Made by a program: the position numbers and the translations under genes. From the NCBI GenBank assembly GCA_021498095.1, contig JAIZWK010000001.1:720001-752000 (forward strand): a stretch of DNA of 32,000 nt, given 5' to 3'. The stretch comes from Candidatus Harpocratesius repetitus (GTDB taxonomy: Archaea; Asgardarchaeota; Lokiarchaeia; Sigyniarchaeales; Promethearchaeaceae). Of the stretch, positions 29,286 through 32,000 are shown in pieces. Position 1 is the stretch's first letter. The number at the start of each line of letters is the position of its first letter. The notes under the pieces are model-generated. The model saw only the letters and a list, made by a program, of their open reading frames with translations. It did no database searches and was not told where the DNA came from.

Positions 29286-30011
29286 TTGACGATTAAAATG
29301 TTTGAAGGATTTAATTTAATCTTATTTGGGACTGGCCTTAAAATTCTAGGACTCTCAATCTTAGCTTATATCATGCTTCATCGCTGGTTCAAACAAGAAA
29401 AACGCTATATGGGGGATTTTCCGTTTTTAATGGGAATTACTTTTATTATGTATGCTATTGGGAAAATTTATGATTTGATAGTATATTATTATCTTGCAGG
29501 AGGACAACCATTTCAAGATTTATCTGAAATTAATTCGCCTTATGGATTATTTTTAATAAAAATTCGCTTCTTTTTCAGTCCACTGTTAGTAATTATTCCG
29601 TATGTAATAATTATGTTGGAAATTTGGATGGATGATAAACCAAAATGGCAAATTGTTATCACATCATCTTTCAGCGCAAGTAGTATCACTGCAATCCTTG
29701 TTTGTCAAACGTATGCGCAAATCTTATTAGTAAGTGCCTCTATCACAGTTGTTCCTGTACTTTTATCAGTAGTTTCCTTCTTTATAATTTATCAAAAAAG
29801 ACGGATGCCTGAGATTAATTCATTATTGATTGCATTTGGACAATTGTTATTTATCATTTTACAATTTATTCGTCCAATTTGGGCTCAATTTGGAAGTGAT
29901 CCTGTTTGGGGTTTAACATGGTTGGCAGAAATCATCGAAACCATTCCACTGGTGATAAACGGATGGGGTTTTTTAACTCCTGCATGGTATTCTGAAAAAA
30001 TTAATATGTAA
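29286..30011 (+). CDS. Hypothetical 7-TM membrane protein
   Basis: Seven hydrophobic segments counted by eye. No catalytic motif. The start may be the ATG at 29298. Confidence 0.75.
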   Translation: MTIKMFEGFNLILFGTGLKILGLSILAYIMLHRWFKQEKRYMGDFPFLMGITFIMYAIGKIYDLIVYYYLAGGQPFQDLSEINSPYGLFLIKIRFFFSPLLVIIPYVIIMLEIWMDDKPKWQIVITSSFSASSITAILVCQTYAQILLVSASITVVPVLLSVVSFFIIYQKRRMPEINSLLIAFGQLLFIILQFIRPIWAQFGSDPVWGLTWLAEIIETIPLVINGWGFLTPAWYSEKINM

Positions 30012-30098
30012 TTCTTTTGAATCTATCAAGTCTTGATTAAAAGTTTCTTCAATATATCTCAATTGTCTATTTAAATTTGTATAAAAAATAGAAATGAA

Positions 30099-30581
30099 CT
30101 AAACCCAATCTCTTTTTTCCATATAATCATTCCTAAGTTTAAATCCTAATTTTTGGTATAGTGATTTTCCTATGTCAGTAGCATGGAGAGTAGCAACTGA
30201 GATATTATGTTTTTTTAGATATGCGATAATAGATCTCATAATTTTTTCTCCAATTCCCTGTCTACGATATTCTTCAATAACCACAATATTCATAATATAT
30301 CCTATTTTTCCAGATAAATTACTTGGTCCGGGAGGATGTCTATCTACAACTAATCCTCCTGCCCCAATTGGCTGTTTTTCTTGTATTATCGCAATCCATC
30401 CTATAAACTTAGAAGAAGGAACATTTTTTAAAAAATAATCTCTTGAATTACTAATTGCTTTATCCCATAATTGTTTATCAGAATAACAACTCATCGATTC
30501 AAACATTATTCTTCGTAATTTTAACAATTCATCTATATCATCTAAAGTACATTGACGAATGCAAATTTCCTCTTTCTGCAT
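30099..30581 (-). CDS. GNAT family N-acetyltransferase
   Basis: IGYIMNIVVIEEYRRQGIG and LHATDIGKSLYQKLGF. Confidence 0.9.
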   Translation of the reverse strand: MQKEEICIRQCTLDDIDELLKLRRIMFESMSCYSDKQLWDKAISNSRDYFLKNVPSSKFIGWIAIIQEKQPIGAGGLVVDRHPPGPSNLSGKIGYIMNIVVIEEYRRQGIGEKIMRSIIAYLKKHNISVATLHATDIGKSLYQKLGFKLRNDYMEKRDWV

Positions 30582-30629
30582 GATAAAATCGCACTTTTAT
30601 AGTTTTGTTGATAAAAATCATATATAATT

Positions 30630-30948
30630 AATTAAGGGTATTTTAAATTTCAAAGATTCAAAGTTTTTCATTTCATCATCTTAATTCTTCCGACTCAAAT
30701 CCAAAATATCCTTCCTTATTTTTTGTCGATTTTACCAAGGTGCCAAATTTAAGATATGTAATTCAAAAATTATAATAAAATCGACTTCAGATTGAAGAAT
30801 TTATAAACAGGATGATAAATTTTTAATAAATTTTTTGAAAAAATCGAGTTCGACAAAAAAAAATTGCGATATTTCAAATTTAAGTCGGATATATATAAAT
30901 GATATTCAAAAAAGCGTTTAAATTAAAAAAGATAAAATATCCTCAATT
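30630..30948. mobile_element. MITE-like element, copy 2 (inverted relative to copy 1)
   Basis: Its reverse complement aligns end to end with 14041-14360, about 25 differences in 320 nt by hand count. Ends are AATT-AAGGGTATTTTA ... TAAAATATCCTC-AATT. Confidence 0.8.
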
Positions 30949-31326
30949 AGAATAATTGTTTCATCAATAATTTAGGTTGTATAATTATGATGCTTTTAAT
31001 CTTTTAATAAAGAATTCTATATCAAGGAACTAGAGTTCTTTTCTTAAATGTGTAATAGAATTTATATCTTTTACTTAATATTTCAGCTGTAGTTAAACTT
31101 ATATTAAAGATTATTTGTATGCAAAATTCATAATGTTTTTCTCCATTTATTCATTTTCAAAGGTTTTCGTTATATTTGATTGGCTTGATCATAATAAAAA
31201 ATTTATTGAAAAATATAGTATAATAATTTTATAAATAGTAATCGAAAATGACGAAGTTTTAGCATATATAATTGAGAAAAATGTAAAAATGGAATAAAAT
31301 AATTGTAAAACAGTCCGTGAATTTAA

Positions 31327-31432
31327 TAGCGAGAGGGGGATTTGAACCTCCCGATCTCAGGGTTATGAGCCCTGCAGCCTAGACCAGAATTGCCTACAAT
31401 GCGCGCTGCATTGGCACCTAGCCCATCTCGCT
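31327..31432 (-). tRNA. Initiator tRNA-Met(CAT) with a 29-nt D-loop intron (about 31389-31417)
   Basis: A1-U72 acceptor AGCGAGA/TCTCGCT, G11-C24, CAGGG-CTCATAA-CCCTG with three G-C pairs. Removing GTGCCAATGCAGCGCGCATTGTAGGCAAT restores the D-loop AGTCTGGTCTA. Confidence 0.88.
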
Positions 31433-31742
31433 ATAGAAAAACAGATTATGTGATATGAAGACGCGGGGGCTATTAAGATTTTCGGGTATTGGCTAGTAAT
31501 AATAATAGGAATGCAGAATGAAATTTTAGAGAGGCAATAATTTCTTCAATACTTCAAGTTCAAGAGGATTGGATTGAAAATAAGAAATATATACTGTAAT
31601 CAGCGTTTTTTATAATGTTTGGTTAGCGTTTGAGTATATTTAAAGAGAAATTCGATTAATTAAATATGATAATATAAGGAATAAAAAGATAGAGAATTTG
31701 TTAATATTATAAAATTTAAAACAAAATTTTGAAAGAATAGAT

Positions 31743-32000
31743 CTAAGTGTCATTTTCTGCCAATAACAACAATGCATCGCTGCAATTCAAAGAAAATGTT
31801 TCTTTTTGATAATTTTCCCATACGTTTAGTAATTTAAGATTCAATTGTTTGAATATTTCTTCTATTTCTGGGAGGGTAATTAATGGCCAAAAAGATTGCA
31901 TTGTTTGAGTGAAAACTTTGTTACTCTCATAAGAGTGGTAGCATTCGACAAAATCTACAAACATTTTACCTGTGTCATAATCAGGCGTGAATCGTATAAT
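31743..32000 (-). CDS. C-terminal fragment of a protein, possibly a class I SAM methyltransferase; runs off the window edge
   Basis: The frame is open to position 32000. The end PEIEEIFKQLNLKLLNVWENYQKETFS...LLLLAE resembles methyltransferase C-termini. The SAM motif is not in the window. Confidence 0.5.
   Translation of the reverse strand: MIRFTPDYDTGKMFVDFVECYHSYESNKVFTQTMQSFWPLITLPEIEEIFKQLNLKLLNVWENYQKETFSLNCSDALLLLAENDT

Overview
This is an AT-rich archaeal chromosomal segment, most likely from an Asgard archaeon (Lokiarchaeia-like). That assignment is inferred from the 16S sequence, two tandem-roadblock proteins, an MglA/Arf-like GTPase and a RING protein. RNA genes are an SRP (7S) RNA, a 16S rRNA followed by tRNA-Ala but no 23S, and tRNA-Leu, -Glu, -Asn and initiator -Met, the last with a D-loop intron. 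Most CDSs are housekeeping: Ygr210/YchF GTPase, thermosome, Tsr3, PfkB kinase, PAC2, ThiI-like, Pcm, RPA, TtuA/Ncs6, site-2 protease and two GNATs. The main points of interest are: (1) a tightly coupled operon of tandem roadblock, DENN-like protein, MglA-type GTPase and small membrane protein; (2) a group II chaperonin subunit whose catalytic Asp is replaced by Asn; (3) two inverted ~92%-identical copies of a 320-bp MITE-like element, one abutting an ibrA/ibrB (PP-loop + ParB) pair; (4) non-canonical tRNA features. All family calls come from recognising motifs by eye. No database search or folding program was run.
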